From NCBI GenBank assembly GCA_044230495.1, contig JBGARB010000004.1, positions 438 through 64,437 of the forward strand: DNA of 64,000 nucleotides, written 5' to 3'. Position numbers and translations under genes: made by a program. Origin of the DNA: Rhodocyclaceae bacterium. Its GTDB lineage: Bacteria; Pseudomonadota; Gammaproteobacteria; Burkholderiales; Rhodocyclaceae. Below the pieces are notes generated by a model, which saw only the letters and a list, made by a program, of their open reading frames with translations, made no database searches and was not told where the DNA came from. Below are positions 41,776 to 51,637 of this stretch, one piece after another (within the stretch, counting starts at the first letter, position 1; each line of letters opens with the position of its first letter).

Positions 41776-42443
41776 CACTCGTCTTTCAGGCGTTCCATGT
41801 GGTGGATGTCGAGGCTGTCGAACTGGTCGCGGATCTGGAAGAAGAACACGCCGAGAATGATGACGCCGACCAGCACGTCGAGCGCGATGCCCAGCTCGAC
41901 CACCATCGGCATGCCGTAGGTTGCGCTGGTCGCGGCAAGGAAGAGCCCGTTTTCCATGGCCAGAAAGCCGACCACCTGGGTGATCGCCTTGCGCCGCGTG
42001 ATCATCATCAGGAAGGCCAGCATCACGGTCGCCAGCGCGATGCCCAGTGTGCCGCGCGAGACGGTCGACGAGAACTCGGCGATCGGCAGCGCGACGTTGA
42101 AGGCAATGATGACGAGCCCGAGGCCGACCAGCAGCGTGGTGGTGATGTTGATCATCGGCTCGACTTCGCGCTTGATCTTCAGTTGCGTCATCAGCCGGTG
42201 CAGGATCCACGGCAGCAGCGCGGCCTTGAGCACCAGCGTCAGCGCCGCCGAGTAGTAAAGGTGCGTCTGCCCGGTGGTCACGGCCACCACCAGCGTGGAC
42301 AGGAACAGCACCAGTCCCTGCACGGCGAACAGGTCGATCAGGCCGCGCACGCTGCGCTGCGCGAGCATGGCGAAGGCGAGCAGCAGGATCACTGCGGCGA
42401 ACAGGTTGATGAGCTGGGCCGACAGCGGCAGCGCGGTGGTCAT
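41775..42443 (-). CDS. HyfE/HycP-like small membrane subunit (NuoK-related)
   Basis: Trimmed to MTTALPLSAQLINLFAAVILL (ATG 42443, ATGA overlap); 222 aa; multi-TM. Confidence 0.8.
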   Translation of the reverse strand: MTTALPLSAQLINLFAAVILLLAFAMLAQRSVRGLIDLFAVQGLVLFLSTLVVAVTTGQTHLYYSAALTLVLKAALLPWILHRLMTQLKIKREVEPMINITTTLLVGLGLVIIAFNVALPIAEFSSTVSRGTLGIALATVMLAFLMMITRRKAITQVVGFLAMENGLFLAATSATYGMPMVVELGIALDVLVGVIILGVFFFQIRDQFDSLDIHHMERLKDE

Positions 42444-43393
42444 GCCCCCCTCTCCAGCAGCAGGCGCACCAGCAGTCCGAGCACGGCGATGAGGAAGGCG
42501 GTGCCGAGGAACTCTGGGGCGCGGAAGATGCGCAGCTTGGCGTTGATGGTCTCGATGGCGGCCAGGAAGGCACCGCCAAGCGCAAGCTTGACGAGAAGCA
42601 GCGGGATCGCGGCCACCAGTGCGAGGAAATTGTCGCGCTCGGCAATGCCCCAAGGGAAAAACAGCGCCAGGCCCAGGCACGAGTACGCGTAGAGCTTGAG
42701 GCTCGCTGCCCATTCGAGCAGGGCCAGGTGCCGGCCCGAATATTCGAGGATCAGCGCCTCGTGGATCATCGTCAGTTCGAGGTGCGTGGCCGGGTTGTCC
42801 ACCGGCACGCGCGCATTCTCGGCGAAGGATACGAAGGTGAAGGCGATGCCGGCGAAGGCCAGGCTGGGATGGATCACCAGCTCGCGGTGGGCAAGCGTCT
42901 CGACGATGGTGGCCACCGAAGTCGATTGGGCAATCATCGCCAGCGTGAAGATGACCATCAGCAGCGCCGGCTCGGCGAGGAAGCCGATGAGCATTTCGCG
43001 CCGCGCGCCAAGGCTGCCGAAGGCCGTGCCGACATCCATCGCGGCCAGCGAAATGAACACCCGGGCGAGGCCGAAGACGCCGACCAGCGCAATGACGTCG
43101 GCGGCCGGCGCGAACGGCAGGTCGGTCGACAGCGTGGGGATGATCGCGCAAGCCAGCAGCATGCAGCCGAAAACGATGAAGGGCGCGAAGCGGAACAGCG
43201 TCGAGGCGCCATGCGCCAGCACCACGTCCTTGTGGAACAGCTTGTGCAGCATGAAATACGGCTGCCACAAGGGTGGCGCCGTGCGGTTCTGCATCCACGC
43301 GCGACATTGGTTGACCCAGCCGGTGAGCAGCGGCGCCAGCGCGGCAGCGAGCACAATCGCGAAGAGTTGTCCCAGGAAACCGGCAATGCTCAT
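42440..43393 (-). CDS. NuoH/HycD/HyfC-like membrane subunit
   Basis: Trimmed to MSIAGFLGQLFAIVLAAAL (ATG 43393, ATGA overlap with the upstream stop); 317 aa; polytopic. Confidence 0.85.
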   Translation of the reverse strand: MSIAGFLGQLFAIVLAAALAPLLTGWVNQCRAWMQNRTAPPLWQPYFMLHKLFHKDVVLAHGASTLFRFAPFIVFGCMLLACAIIPTLSTDLPFAPAADVIALVGVFGLARVFISLAAMDVGTAFGSLGARREMLIGFLAEPALLMVIFTLAMIAQSTSVATIVETLAHRELVIHPSLAFAGIAFTFVSFAENARVPVDNPATHLELTMIHEALILEYSGRHLALLEWAASLKLYAYSCLGLALFFPWGIAERDNFLALVAAIPLLLVKLALGGAFLAAIETINAKLRIFRAPEFLGTAFLIAVLGLLVRLLLERGA

Positions 43394-45450
43394 GGCCGCC
43401 CCAGCAACAACAGCAGCAACAGCGTGACGAAGCTGTACAGCAGGTAGATCGCGATGCGCCCGCCTTGCAGCGTCGCGATGCGATCGGACAGCCGGTGCGC
43501 CAGGCCGGCCACCGGCAGGTAGAGCCAGTGCCAGAAGTGGTCTTCGATCTTGACGCGGTAGACCGGCTCGGCATCGCGCACCGACGGAAATTGCCGCTCC
43601 ATGCGGAACATCGGCTCGAAGATGCGCCGGATCGGCTGGCTGAAGCCCTCGGCGCTGTCCTGCGCGCGAGGTCCCTCGAAGTAGTAGCCACAATCCCAAG
43701 GCTGCGAGCGGCGGATGCGGCCGTGGTAGAGCTTTTTCACCAGCCAGCGGCCGAGCAGCAGCGTGGCGGCGATGACGGCGAGGAACAGCACCGGCTGATA
43801 GCTGGCGCGCGCAGCCGAAATCGGCGCCAGCAACCACCAGTCGTGCTCGGCCAAACGTGCCGTCAGCCCGGCGCCGAGCAACTGCGTCGTTGCCGCATCG
43901 ATGCGCAGCATGACGGTCACCGGCAGCAGCCCGAGCACCAGCGTCAGCCCCACCAGCCACAGAAGGCCCGCGCGTTCCCACGGGCCGGCATCGTGGGCAT
44001 CGTTCAGGCTCGGCTCGCGCATCTGGCCGAGGAAGACGATGCCGTGGAACTTGACCATGGCGAAGCCGGCCATCGCCGCCACCAGCACGACCAGCGCCGC
44101 GGCGACGGGCACGATCATGTTCAGCCACGGATGCGGCAGGCTGGGCGAGAACAGGAAGCCCTGCAGCAGCAGCCACTCGGAAACGAAGCCGGACAGCGGC
44201 GGCAGCCCGGCACCGGCGATGACGCCGACCAGCGCCAGCCAGGCGACCCACGGCATGCGGTGGATCAGCCCGCCGAGTTTGCCCAGATTGCGTTCCTTCG
44301 TCGCATGCAGGACCGAGCCGGTGCACAGGAACAGCAGGCTCTTGAAACCGGCGTGGGCCAGGCAGTGATACAACGCGGCGGTCAACGCCAGCGCCGCCAG
44401 CGCCTCCATGTCATAGGCATGAAACGTCAGCGCCAGGCCGAGCGCGACGGCGATAAGGCCGATGTTCTCGATCGACGAATAGGCCAGCAGGCGCTTCATG
44501 TCCGATTGCACCATGCTGTAGAGCACGCCGAACGCGGCGGTGGCGAGCCCGGTGCCGAGCATGACCACGCCCCACCACCACTGCGGCTCGCCGAGCAGGT
44601 CGAAACTCACGCGCAACAGGCCGTAGATCGCGGTCTTGAGCATCACGCCGCTCATCATCGCCGACACCGGCGACGGCGCTGCCGGATGCGCCTCGGGCAG
44701 CCACACGTGGAGCGGCAGCAGGCCGGCCTTGGCGCCGAAGCCGACGAGCGCCAGCAGGAAGCCCGCCGACGCCCACGACGGGCTCAGCTCCTGCGCGCGC
44801 ATCGCCGCGAACGTATAGTCGCCGGCGCCGCCAGTGAGCACGCCGAACGACAGCAGGATCGCCAGCGCCCCCAGGTGCGCGATCAGCAGGTAGATGAAGC
44901 CGGCCGCACGGATCGCCGCGTGCTTGTGGTCGGTGACGACGAGGAAGAAAGACGACAGCGCCATGCACTCCCATGCCACCATGAAGGCGTAGGCGTCGTC
45001 GGCCAGCATGACCAGCGCCATGCTGGCGACGAAGACGTGATACTCGAGGCACAGCAGGCCCGGCGCGGTCCCGGCACCTTCGCGGAAGTAGCCCGCCGCG
45101 TAGATCGAGATGCCGACGGTGGCGAAACCCAGCAACATCACGAACATCGCCGCGAGGCTGTCCAGGCGCAAATGGAATGGCAGGTCGGGCAGACCGATCG
45201 GCAACAGCATCGCGTCGGCCGGAGCGCCGAGCGAGGCGAGGCCCACGAAGCCGACGACGAAGCCGACCAGTGCGCCGAGCGGAAACAACGTCTGCGCCAC
45301 GAAACGTGTGTTGCGCGGCAGCGCCAGCCCGGCCAGCCCGATCAGCAGCCAGCCGACGACGCACAGCAGCAGCGTCTGCAACGGCGCGAGTTCGGGCAGC
45401 GTCATGGCGATCATGGCGTCAGCGCCGCCTGCTTGGGGTGCGGCAAACAT
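43390..45450 (-). CDS. NuoL-type antiporter-like subunit (HyfB-like)
   Basis: A 686-aa polytopic ORF with WLPEAHPAAPSPVSA. The start could be ATG 45450, 45414 or 45405. It begins 24 nt after the upstream SulP gene. Confidence 0.85.
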   Translation of the reverse strand: MFAAPQAGGADAMIAMTLPELAPLQTLLLCVVGWLLIGLAGLALPRNTRFVAQTLFPLGALVGFVVGFVGLASLGAPADAMLLPIGLPDLPFHLRLDSLAAMFVMLLGFATVGISIYAAGYFREGAGTAPGLLCLEYHVFVASMALVMLADDAYAFMVAWECMALSSFFLVVTDHKHAAIRAAGFIYLLIAHLGALAILLSFGVLTGGAGDYTFAAMRAQELSPSWASAGFLLALVGFGAKAGLLPLHVWLPEAHPAAPSPVSAMMSGVMLKTAIYGLLRVSFDLLGEPQWWWGVVMLGTGLATAAFGVLYSMVQSDMKRLLAYSSIENIGLIAVALGLALTFHAYDMEALAALALTAALYHCLAHAGFKSLLFLCTGSVLHATKERNLGKLGGLIHRMPWVAWLALVGVIAGAGLPPLSGFVSEWLLLQGFLFSPSLPHPWLNMIVPVAAALVVLVAAMAGFAMVKFHGIVFLGQMREPSLNDAHDAGPWERAGLLWLVGLTLVLGLLPVTVMLRIDAATTQLLGAGLTARLAEHDWWLLAPISAARASYQPVLFLAVIAATLLLGRWLVKKLYHGRIRRSQPWDCGYYFEGPRAQDSAEGFSQPIRRIFEPMFRMERQFPSVRDAEPVYRVKIEDHFWHWLYLPVAGLAHRLSDRIATLQGGRIAIYLLYSFVTLLLLLLLGRP

Positions 45451-45474
45451 CGTTCGCGACGGGGCCGTTTCATC

Positions 45475-47628
45475 TCAGCGGGCCTCGTTGCCGCCCCAGC
45501 GCTGGGGCATCAGCGGACACGACAGCGGTGCAAGCGCCGTCCCGCCACCACTGTAGTTTGCGTAGATCGCCTCCAGCGCCTGATCGTAGGTGGAGAAGAT
45601 CCTGTCCTCGCCCAGCCAGGCCAGCAGGCCCGTGGCGCGCATGACGTCCAGCACCTGCTTCTTGAGGCCCGAAAACACCACATCGACGCCGCCCTCGCGC
45701 AAGCGGCGGATGACATGGTGCATGACTTCCTCACCCGAGGCATCCAGCTCGTTGATGCCGTCGCCGACGATCAGCAGCGTGCGCGCCTTCGGGTTGCCGG
45801 CCACCGCCTCGAGGATCGCATCCTCGAAGTACGACACGTTGGCGAAATACAGCCGACCGTCGAAGCGCACGGCGGTCACGATCTCCGAGGTCGGCAGGTT
45901 GTGCACCTTGACGTCGCGCAAGGTGCCGTCGGCATGCCGGCCGAGAATCGCCACGCGCGGGCGCATGGTGCGGAAAAGGTACAGCGCGATGGCCACCGCG
46001 GCGCCGACGAGGATGCCGGTATCGAGGTGCGGCGCAAAGGCCAGCGTGGCGGCAAAGGTGATGATCGCCGCGATGCCGTCGTGTCTGCTGGCCTGCCACG
46101 CGTGACGGATGGCACCGAAATTCACCAGCCCGACAACGGCCATGATGATGACCGCCGCCAGCACCGCCTGCGGCAGGTGGTAGAGCAGCGGCGTCAGGAA
46201 CAGCAGCGTGAGCAGCACGAACAAGCCGGTGAATACCGCCGAGAGTCCGCTCGCCGCGCCGGCGTTGAGATTCACCGCCGAGCGCGAGAACGACCCCGAT
46301 ACCGGAAAACCCTGTGTCAGCGCACTGGCCAGATTGGCCAGCCCCTGCCCCAGCAACTCCTGGTTCGGATCGATGCGTTGACGGGTCTTGGCGGCCATTG
46401 CCTTGGCGATCGAGATCGCTTCCATGAACGCCACCAGCGAGATCACCACCGCCGCCGACAGCAGCGCGCGCAGGCTGTCCCAACTGATCGCAGGCAGGGC
46501 CACGGTGGGCAAGCCTTCGGGAACCTTGCCGACGACTTCGCCACCGCCCACCAGCCGAACCTCGCCCCCCGGTGCGCCCGGCGCGCGCGCAATGCGCCAG
46601 CGATGACCGTCCGTCCCTTGTGCGGGTGCCGCCGCGGCATCGACGAACCGGTCCGCAGCGCCCGCCGCACCGGGAAGGCGCGCCAACGACATGCTGCGCA
46701 GCGCCCGGTTGCGCACGCGATTCTCGGCCTCGCGATCTTTCAGTTGCAGCCGCAGCACGTCGATTTCGTAGTTGAGCGTCAGCGCCGCATGCGCGCCACC
46801 GGTACCCGCCTTGCGTGCCGCGGCCAGCGCCGCGCCCCCGCTCGCGATGCGCGCATTCAACTCCTCGATCTTCTGCTGCGCCGAGGCGTATTCGGCGAGC
46901 AGCATCACCGCCTCGGGCGCCTCGATCTGCGCCAGCGATACCGCCGCATTGCGCTCGAAGCCGACGGACCAACTGACCACGGTCGCGATGGCCACGGCCA
47001 CCAGCACGCCGGGCGCGCGCGGCGCAAGCCGCCGCAAGACCGCCATGACGGCGATCGCGCCGACGCCCATCGCCAGCGTCGGCCAGTGCGTGTCGCCGAT
47101 CTGCAGCAGCACGTTCCAGACATCGGCGACAAAGTGCTCGGTGCGCGGCATCGGCACGCCGATGAGCTTGTTCACCTGCGACAGCCCGATGATGATCGCC
47201 GCCGCATTGGTGAAGCCGACGATCACCGGATGCGACAGGAAATTGACCACCACGCCCAGTCGGAAGACGCCGAGCACGAGCTGGAAGACGCCGACCAGCA
47301 GCGCCAGCCCGATCGCCAGCGCGACGTAGGCCTCGGTGCCGCCGGCGGCCAGCGGCGCCAGCGCCGACGCCGTGAGCAGCGAGGCCACGGCGACCGGCCC
47401 GGTGGCGAGCTGGCTGGAGGAGCCCCACAACGCGCCGATCACCGCCGGCAGGAAGCCGGCATACAGCCCGTAGTACGGCGGCACGCCCGCCAGTTGGGCG
47501 TAGGCCATCGATTGCGGCACGAGCACCAGCGCCACCGTCAGGCCGGCGACGAAGTCCGCCCGCATCGAGCCGGCATTCGGCGCCGGCCAGCGCAAAAAGG
47601 GCAACCATGCGGAGAGTGCGGATTTCAT
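45475..47628 (-). CDS. SulP-family anion transporter with a ~140-aa insertion inside the TM core, plus STAS
   Basis: A 717-aa ORF. SulP core motifs (…GVPPYYGLYAGFLPAVIGAL…) are present. A coiled/low-complexity insert lies between …VGFERN and GKVPEGLP…. A STAS domain is present. The C-terminal tail reads through a copy of the 25-bp repeat (…[17 protein letters not shown]…). Confidence 0.85.
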   Translation of the reverse strand: MKSALSAWLPFLRWPAPNAGSMRADFVAGLTVALVLVPQSMAYAQLAGVPPYYGLYAGFLPAVIGALWGSSSQLATGPVAVASLLTASALAPLAAGGTEAYVALAIGLALLVGVFQLVLGVFRLGVVVNFLSHPVIVGFTNAAAIIIGLSQVNKLIGVPMPRTEHFVADVWNVLLQIGDTHWPTLAMGVGAIAVMAVLRRLAPRAPGVLVAVAIATVVSWSVGFERNAAVSLAQIEAPEAVMLLAEYASAQQKIEELNARIASGGAALAAARKAGTGGAHAALTLNYEIDVLRLQLKDREAENRVRNRALRSMSLARLPGAAGAADRFVDAAAAPAQGTDGHRWRIARAPGAPGGEVRLVGGGEVVGKVPEGLPTVALPAISWDSLRALLSAAVVISLVAFMEAISIAKAMAAKTRQRIDPNQELLGQGLANLASALTQGFPVSGSFSRSAVNLNAGAASGLSAVFTGLFVLLTLLFLTPLLYHLPQAVLAAVIIMAVVGLVNFGAIRHAWQASRHDGIAAIITFAATLAFAPHLDTGILVGAAVAIALYLFRTMRPRVAILGRHADGTLRDVKVHNLPTSEIVTAVRFDGRLYFANVSYFEDAILEAVAGNPKARTLLIVGDGINELDASGEEVMHHVIRRLREGGVDVVFSGLKKQVLDVMRATGLLAWLGEDRIFSTYDQALEAIYANYSGGGTALAPLSCPLMPQRWGGNEAR
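45535..45559 (-). repeat. 25-bp dispersed repeat, copy 10 (AAACTACAGTGGTGGCGGGACGGCG)
   Basis: Lies inside the 3' tail of SulP gene 45475..47628 in the sense orientation, translated NYSGGGTA. Confidence 0.9.
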
Positions 47629-47656
47629 GACGTGCGCGTGCGGTGGAAGCAGTGAC

Positions 47657-49294
47657 TCAGCCCCGTACCTTGAAGCGTCCGGTGACGCTGGCCAGCTCGT
47701 CGGTCACCTGGCGCACGCCGGCCATCGCGCGGCTGACGGCTTCGATGGTAGCGACGTTTTCCTCCGACAGCCGGGCCACCTCGTCGACGCGCGCGGCAAT
47801 GCCGCCACTGCGCTCGCGCTGCTCGCGCAGGGTTGCCGAGATGGCGGCCACGGCCGACACGGCCGAGGCCGTGCTGGCCTCGATGTGGCCGACCGCCTGC
47901 GTGGTCTCGCTGACCTGCTGGCGGACGCTGTTCATGGTGCGCCGGCTGTCTTCCATGCTCGACACGACGGCCTCGGTGCCGTCCTGGATGGCGACGATGG
48001 TACGGGTGATCTCCTGCGCGGACGCAGTGGTGCGTTCGGCCAGCTTGCGCACTTCGTCGGCGACGACGGCAAAGCCGCGCCCCTGCTCGCCGGCCCGCGC
48101 CGCCTCGATGGCCGCATTGAGCGCCAGCAGGTTGGTCTGATCGGCGATGTCCTTGATGACATTGGCAATCGCGCCGACCTGCACCATCTGCGTCGACAAC
48201 TGCTGGATCATGTCGGCGGTCTCGCCGACCCGGTCGGCAGCGCGGACCACGTCGCCCGACGCGGCATCGCCGCGCGCACGTCCTGCCTGGGCGGCGGATC
48301 CGGCTTCTGCCGCACGGGCGCTGGCCTCGTCGGCACTGGTGCCGACGCTGTCGATGCTCGCCGCCAGCTCGGACAATGTGGCCGCCGCCGCGCGCACCGC
48401 ATGCGACGACTCGCCCGCCCGGGCCGCCATCGATTCGCTCGAGGCCGAGACCTGGTGCACCGACGCCCGCAGTTGCGTTGCCGTGTCCTGTACCTGCGCC
48501 ACCAGCGCCGACAGACCGCCCTGCACCTCGGCCAGGCTGCGCAACATGGTCGCCGCCTCGTCGTCGCCCTCGGCCCGGATGTGCGATGTCATATCGCCGC
48601 CGGCCAGACGTTTGAGTTCATCGACGGCCACATGCAGCGGGCCGGCGATGTTGCGGGTGACCGCCAGTGCCAGCAGGCCGCCGACCACCAACGCGATGGC
48701 CATCGCGGCGGAGGTGACTACGAAGATGCGCCGGGCAATGCCCTGCCCCTGCTCGTCGGCCTCCCGGGCGCGTTCCTTGTTGAGCTTGACGATCTCGGAG
48801 AGGTCGTCGTCCACCAGCCGGAAGACGTTCTGCACCGATCCCTGCGTCAGCGTCATCGCGCCACCCGTGTTGCCGGCGCGCGCCTGACCGGCGATGTCGC
48901 TGATTTTGCCGGTGTACTGCGGCCAGTTTTCGTTGATGCGCGCCAGCAGCTCGCGCTCCTTGGCGGACAGCTCGAGCTTGGCATACTCGGCCAGCCGCGC
49001 CTTCATGTCGCGCTCGTATTCGCCCATTTCGCGCAGGATGTCGTCGATGACGCCGGCATCCTGCTCGGCTGCGAGCGAATAGATCGTGCGATTGTGCTTG
49101 ACGGCGAGGAAGTTCGCCTCGTCGACCATGCCGATGGCTGCGACGCGCTGGGCGTACATGTCGTTGAGCAGCCGGCCCAGGCGCTGCGCCGAGAGCATGC
49201 CGTAGCCGCCGATGGCGCACAGCAGGAAGATCAGCACGCCAAAGCCGATGGCGAGCTTCTTGCCCGTGCTGAAGCGGCTGAGAAAAGCGTTCAT
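47657..49294 (-). CDS. methyl-accepting chemotaxis protein (4-helix-bundle sensor, HAMP, MA domain)
   Basis: Taken from ORF 47657..51070, trimmed to [19 protein letters not shown] (ATG 49294). It contains the signalling hairpin [40 protein letters not shown]. Confidence 0.9.
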   Translation of the reverse strand: MNAFLSRFSTGKKLAIGFGVLIFLLCAIGGYGMLSAQRLGRLLNDMYAQRVAAIGMVDEANFLAVKHNRTIYSLAAEQDAGVIDDILREMGEYERDMKARLAEYAKLELSAKERELLARINENWPQYTGKISDIAGQARAGNTGGAMTLTQGSVQNVFRLVDDDLSEIVKLNKERAREADEQGQGIARRIFVVTSAAMAIALVVGGLLALAVTRNIAGPLHVAVDELKRLAGGDMTSHIRAEGDDEAATMLRSLAEVQGGLSALVAQVQDTATQLRASVHQVSASSESMAARAGESSHAVRAAAATLSELAASIDSVGTSADEASARAAEAGSAAQAGRARGDAASGDVVRAADRVGETADMIQQLSTQMVQVGAIANVIKDIADQTNLLALNAAIEAARAGEQGRGFAVVADEVRKLAERTTASAQEITRTIVAIQDGTEAVVSSMEDSRRTMNSVRQQVSETTQAVGHIEASTASAVSAVAAISATLREQRERSGGIAARVDEVARLSEENVATIEAVSRAMAGVRQVTDELASVTGRFKVRG

Positions 49295-49359
49295 GGTATC
49301 TCCCGAGGGCGTTGCGCCGAACCCCAGGCGCGGCACAGTGGTTTTTGCGAGCGATGATA

Positions 49360-49382
49360 GCCGACGCGGAACACGCGTCGGC
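49360..49382. other. 9-bp-stem hairpin GCCGACGCG-gaaca-CGCGTCGGC in the divergent MCP / kinase spacer
   Basis: Read directly from the sequence. Function unknown. Confidence 0.3.
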
Positions 49383-49471
49383 GCGGGAAAAGGCTCGCTT
49401 GCCCGGCCATTCATTGTGTCTATACTGGCTGCGCCTGGCGGTCGGCCGCCACCTTTCAGCCGGATGAACTC

Positions 49472-51034
49472 TTGACGACCGAACGACCGATGCAACGGAT
49501 TCTCGACGGCCTGCGCTCCCTTCGCGCCGCCGTGATCCTCGCTGCACTGTTCGGCGTCGCGCTGCCGACGGCGCTGCTGTCGTATGCCGACCTGCAGCGC
49601 CTGCGCGGCGATGCCGAGACCGCATTGGACGCCGACGTGGCGCGTACAGCCGAGCTGCTGGCGATGTCCATGCGCGAACCGATCTGGCAGTTCGCGCCCG
49701 ATCAGGCGCAAAGCATCATCGAAGCCTCGCTGCTCGACATGCGCATTCTCGAGGTGCAGGTCTTCGACAGCTCGGGGCGGGTGTTCGCGGCCAAGAAACG
49801 CGACGGCCAGGGCGCGAACGATGCCCTGCGCTACACGACCTCGGTGACGCGCCAGGAGCAGCGTGTCGGCCATGTCGAAGTCGCCATCTCCAAGGCCGGC
49901 TACCAGCAGGCCATCGCGCAAAGCATGAATCGCGTGCTGCTCAATCTGGTGATCAGCATCATCGCTTCCGTCATCGTCATCACCTGGCTGCTGCACATCC
50001 GCCTGGTCAAGCCGGTCGACCGGCTGGTGAGGGCATCGCAAAACGTCGCCGGCGGCAATCTGGCGGCGCCGATTCCGCCCGGCACGGGTGATGAACTGGG
50101 CCGCCTCTCGGAGAGTCTGGGCCGCATGCGCGACAAGCTCGCCGGCCTGGTCGCGGAACTCGAGGGCCGCAACGAAGAGTTGCGGGTCGCCAACGAGCAG
50201 TTGGAAGCGCGTGTCGCCGAGCGCACGGCCGAACTGGAGACCGCGCTCGAAAAGCTCGTTCGCGCGCAGGAAGACATGGTCGAGTCGGAGAAGCTGGCGT
50301 CGCTGGGCCGCATCGTCGCCGGCGTCGCGCACGAGCTGAACACACCCATCGGCAATGCATTGACCGTTGCCTCGACGGTCAATGATTCGCTGCGCCCCCT
50401 GATCGTGGAGTTCGAGGCCGGCAGTGTGCGCAAATCCACGCTGGCGGCGGCGGCGAAAAGCGATGCCGGACTCAACATCCTGATGCGCAATCTCGAAAAG
50501 GCGGCGAAGATGATCGCCAACTTCAAGCAGGTGGCGGTCGACCAGACCAGCGAGCAGCGCCGCGAATTCGATCTCGCCGACGTCACCGAAGAGGTCCTCA
50601 GCACGCTGGGGCCGAGCATCAACAAATCGGGCCAGCATGTCGTCACCGACCTTGCGCCCGACCTGCGCTGCGACAGCTTCCCCGGACCTTACGGCCAGGT
50701 GCTCACCAACCTGATCACCAACGCGCTGATGCATGCCTTTCCCGGCGAGCGCCGCGGCGGGCGCGTGACAGTCCGCACCGAAGCGGCCGGGCCGCACGAG
50801 GTCCGCCTGATCGTCGAGGACGACGGCGCCGGCATGACCGCGGAGGTCAAGCGGCGGATATTCGACCCCTTCTTCACCACCAGCATGGGCCGCGGTGGCA
50901 GCGGCCTGGGCATGAACATCTGCCAGGGCTTCGTCAATCGTGTGCTCGGCGGCACGATCCGCGTCGAAAGCGCGCTGGGCAGCGGTTCGCGCTTCACGGT
51001 CGAGTTCCCGCGGACGGCGCCGAAGGGACACTGA
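49472..51034 (+). CDS. HAMP-domain sensor histidine kinase
   Basis: A 520-aa ORF (alternative ATG at 49490) with two TM segments, a HAMP domain, a coiled coil, the H-box [12 protein letters not shown], and an ATPase with GSGLGMNI. Confidence 0.85.
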   Translation: MTTERPMQRILDGLRSLRAAVILAALFGVALPTALLSYADLQRLRGDAETALDADVARTAELLAMSMREPIWQFAPDQAQSIIEASLLDMRILEVQVFDSSGRVFAAKKRDGQGANDALRYTTSVTRQEQRVGHVEVAISKAGYQQAIAQSMNRVLLNLVISIIASVIVITWLLHIRLVKPVDRLVRASQNVAGGNLAAPIPPGTGDELGRLSESLGRMRDKLAGLVAELEGRNEELRVANEQLEARVAERTAELETALEKLVRAQEDMVESEKLASLGRIVAGVAHELNTPIGNALTVASTVNDSLRPLIVEFEAGSVRKSTLAAAAKSDAGLNILMRNLEKAAKMIANFKQVAVDQTSEQRREFDLADVTEEVLSTLGPSINKSGQHVVTDLAPDLRCDSFPGPYGQVLTNLITNALMHAFPGERRGGRVTVRTEAAGPHEVRLIVEDDGAGMTAEVKRRIFDPFFTTSMGRGGSGLGMNICQGFVNRVLGGTIRVESALGSGSRFTVEFPRTAPKGH

Positions 51035-51050
51035 GCGTGAAACACTGAGC

Positions 51051-51602
51051 ATGGGACACCGGCTGAGCAAAATCTACACGCGCACGGGCGACGCAGGCAC
51101 GACGGGGCTGGGCGATGGATCGCGCATCGACAAGAGTTCGCCGCGCGTCGCCGCGATGGGCGATGTGGACGAGCTCAATTCGCATCTGGGCGTGCTCGCC
51201 TGTGAAGACCTGCCGGGCGACGTCGCCGAGTTGCTGGCCGGCATCCAGCATGACCTGTTCGATCTCGGCGGCGAGCTGTCGATTCCGGGTGCGACGCTGC
51301 TCAAGGCCACGCAGCCGGCGCGGCTCGAACAGGCCATCGACCATTACAACGCGACGCTCTCGCCGCTCAAGGAGTTCATTCTGCCCGGCGGCACGCGCGC
51401 TGCGGCGCTGACGCACGTCGCCCGTGCCGTCTGCCGGCGTGCCGAACGCAGCGTGATCGAGCTGGCGCGCCGGGAAGCGGTGGCCGATACCAGCCGGCAA
51501 TACCTCAACCGGCTCTCCGATCTGCTGTTCGTGCTCGCGCGCTGGCTCAACCGTCACGCCGGCGGCACCGACGTGCTGTGGCAAAAGGGCAAGAACGCCT
51601 GA
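51051..51602 (+). CDS. ATP:cob(I)alamin adenosyltransferase, PduO type
   Basis: [20 protein letters not shown]…LPGG…RAVCRRAER pattern; 183 aa. Confidence 0.85.
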   Translation: MGHRLSKIYTRTGDAGTTGLGDGSRIDKSSPRVAAMGDVDELNSHLGVLACEDLPGDVAELLAGIQHDLFDLGGELSIPGATLLKATQPARLEQAIDHYNATLSPLKEFILPGGTRAAALTHVARAVCRRAERSVIELARREAVADTSRQYLNRLSDLLFVLARWLNRHAGGTDVLWQKGKNA

Positions 51603-51611
51603 GCGCGCTGG

Positions 51612-51636
51612 CGCCGTGCCGCCACCACTGTAGTTT
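51612..51636 (-). repeat. 25-bp dispersed repeat, copy 11 (AAACTACAGTGGTGGCGGCACGGCG)
   Basis: Lies in the 35-nt convergent spacer between the adenosyltransferase stop (51602) and the cNMP-binding gene stop (51638). Confidence 0.9.
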
Positions 51637-51637
51637 G

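Noticed and set aside
43465-47655. A 1396-aa ORF on the + strand spanning the HyfB-like and SulP genes.
   Set aside because: It lies antisense to two well-supported membrane-protein genes. Its translation is Arg/Gly/Ala/Gln-rich low-complexity sequence, typical of stop-free antisense frames in GC-rich DNA.
49335-49342. A partial match (ACAGTGGT) to the repeat core in the MCP / kinase spacer.
   Set aside because: Only 8-9 nt match and the flanks do not, which is too short to count as a copy.
49295-51070. The upper part of the 1137-aa minus-strand ORF 47657..51070.
   Set aside because: Only the part from ATG 49294 downward is a recognisable MCP. The upstream extension is antisense to the well-supported histidine kinase (49472..51034) and has no domain-like sequence.
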